Source: Monocercomonoides exilis PA203
Taxonomy: Eukaryota; Protista; Preaxostyla
Reading direction: 5' to 3'
NCBI GenBank assembly: GCA_001643675.2
Contig: LSRY02000005.1
Span: forward strand, 248,001 to 312,000
DNA: 64,000 nt
Shown: positions 62,874-64,000 of the stretch, one piece after another
Layout: every line of letters begins with the position of its first letter
How positions within the stretch are numbered: the first letter of the stretch is position 1
Notes under the pieces: generated by a model
What the model saw: only the letters and a program-made list of their open reading frames with translations
What the model was told of the DNA's origin: nothing
Database searches by the model: none
Made by a program: the position numbers and the translations under genes

Positions 62874-64000
62874 TGCATTTGACAAACCGCATTCTCCATT
62901 AACTTCATCATTTCCTTCTCCAACCCCTTCTTCTTCTCCAATCTTTTCTCCAAATGCTTCTCATTTCTCTCTTCAAGCCTCTTCTCCTTCAGCCATTTCT
63001 TCTTTTTCTTCTGCTTCTTCTTCTTCTTCTTCTGTTTCTTCTTCTGATGCAGCTAGTGTCAAATCAGCAGAGCACAAGTTATTCAGAGAGAGGGAAATTT
63101 AGCCGCCTGCAAGATGCTTCTGTCCCATCTATTAAACATCCCTCACTTCCTCTCTCTCCTTCCTCCACCTGGGTGATTATTTTTCAAATCATATTTTTTC
63201 GAACAAAAATTTCTGAACAAAAATATTTCTTGGATATCAATAAAAAAAATTGAAATGTGAAAAGGCTTATTAAATTCATTTTTATTTTTGGTTCGGAAAA
63301 CCCATTTGTTTTCAAAAACAATTATCATGCTTTTTCTCCTTTGAATAAATATTTTCTTTCAAAAAACAAACAATCTTTGAAAAATAAACACCCCGAAAAA
63401 AGATATGAATTCAAAAATAAACACCCACCTCTTTCACTTCTTCTCTTCACTTCTCCTCAGCTCATTATCAGTCTGGTCATTCCTCTCCTTCCACATTTCC
63501 TTCCCCTTTCCAATCACCGTCTCCTTCTCCTTCTCCTTCTTTGTCTCCATTTCCTTCTCCTTCTTTCTCTCCTGTTTCTTCCACTCCTTCCTCTTCCCCT
63601 CTCTTCGCACACTCTCTTTCCAGCACTTCTCCTTATGTCACTCCAATTCTGTTTGCTGGCCGGCTCTCGACACCTCCAACAAGCTCTTCGTTCTCTTCCT
63701 GTTTGTCCAGTTATGAATTGTCAGCTTCTGCACATCCTTTAACAATGTTATCGCATTATCCTCCGCGGAAAACTTAAGCTGTGCCTGTTTTTTTCTCTTC
63801 ATCCTTCGCTTCTTCATTTGCTCCATCTTCAACATCTTCTTCTTCTTCTTTTATGTCAGCTTCAATTCTGGTTCAATCTCAGTCTCAGTCTCAGTCTTAG
63901 CCTCAGTTTCTGTCTCAATCTCAATCTCATATTTCTTCAACTGAAATATCTCCTCTTTTTTCTTTTCAATTGCATCCTTCTTCTGAAGCAATGAATACAG

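Noticed and set aside
1-64000. Window-wide alternative genetic code (UAR=Gln)
   Set aside because: ORFs of 2000-4700 codons lack in-frame TAA/TAG, and the genes at 5033 and 19082 end in TAA.
63257-64000. Coding genes at the right edge
   Set aside because: Low-complexity short ORFs with stops; cannot be supported without downstream sequence.

Overview
This is eukaryotic, AT-rich genomic DNA with short GT-AG introns, the standard genetic code and very Ser-rich (TCT-repeat) proteins. The gene-family signatures suggest an oxymonad/metamonad such as Monocercomonoides (inference). Two ~13 kb inverted arms (~1860-14960 and ~40230-52910) each carry a giant single-pass receptor-like gene: signal peptide, GGA-repeat beta-helix ectodomain, TM helix and C-terminal TKL-like pseudokinase. 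The arms enclose a head-to-head gene pair: a Lys/Ser/Glu-rich protein and a 4742-aa Vip1/PPIP5K-like inositol pyrophosphate enzyme. The enzyme has an unusual architecture: STE20/STRAD-like pseudokinase, ATP-grasp kinase, dead His-phosphatase, intact His-phosphatase. The window also holds several MITE families, including a GGG-ended family with 4-bp TSDs. A decayed Sola-like DDD transposase gene appears to have a complete USP (C19) deubiquitinase domain embedded in it. Pseudogenes include a myotubularin fragment and a lineage-specific helical-family copy. All domain calls come from motif recognition by eye, not database searches.
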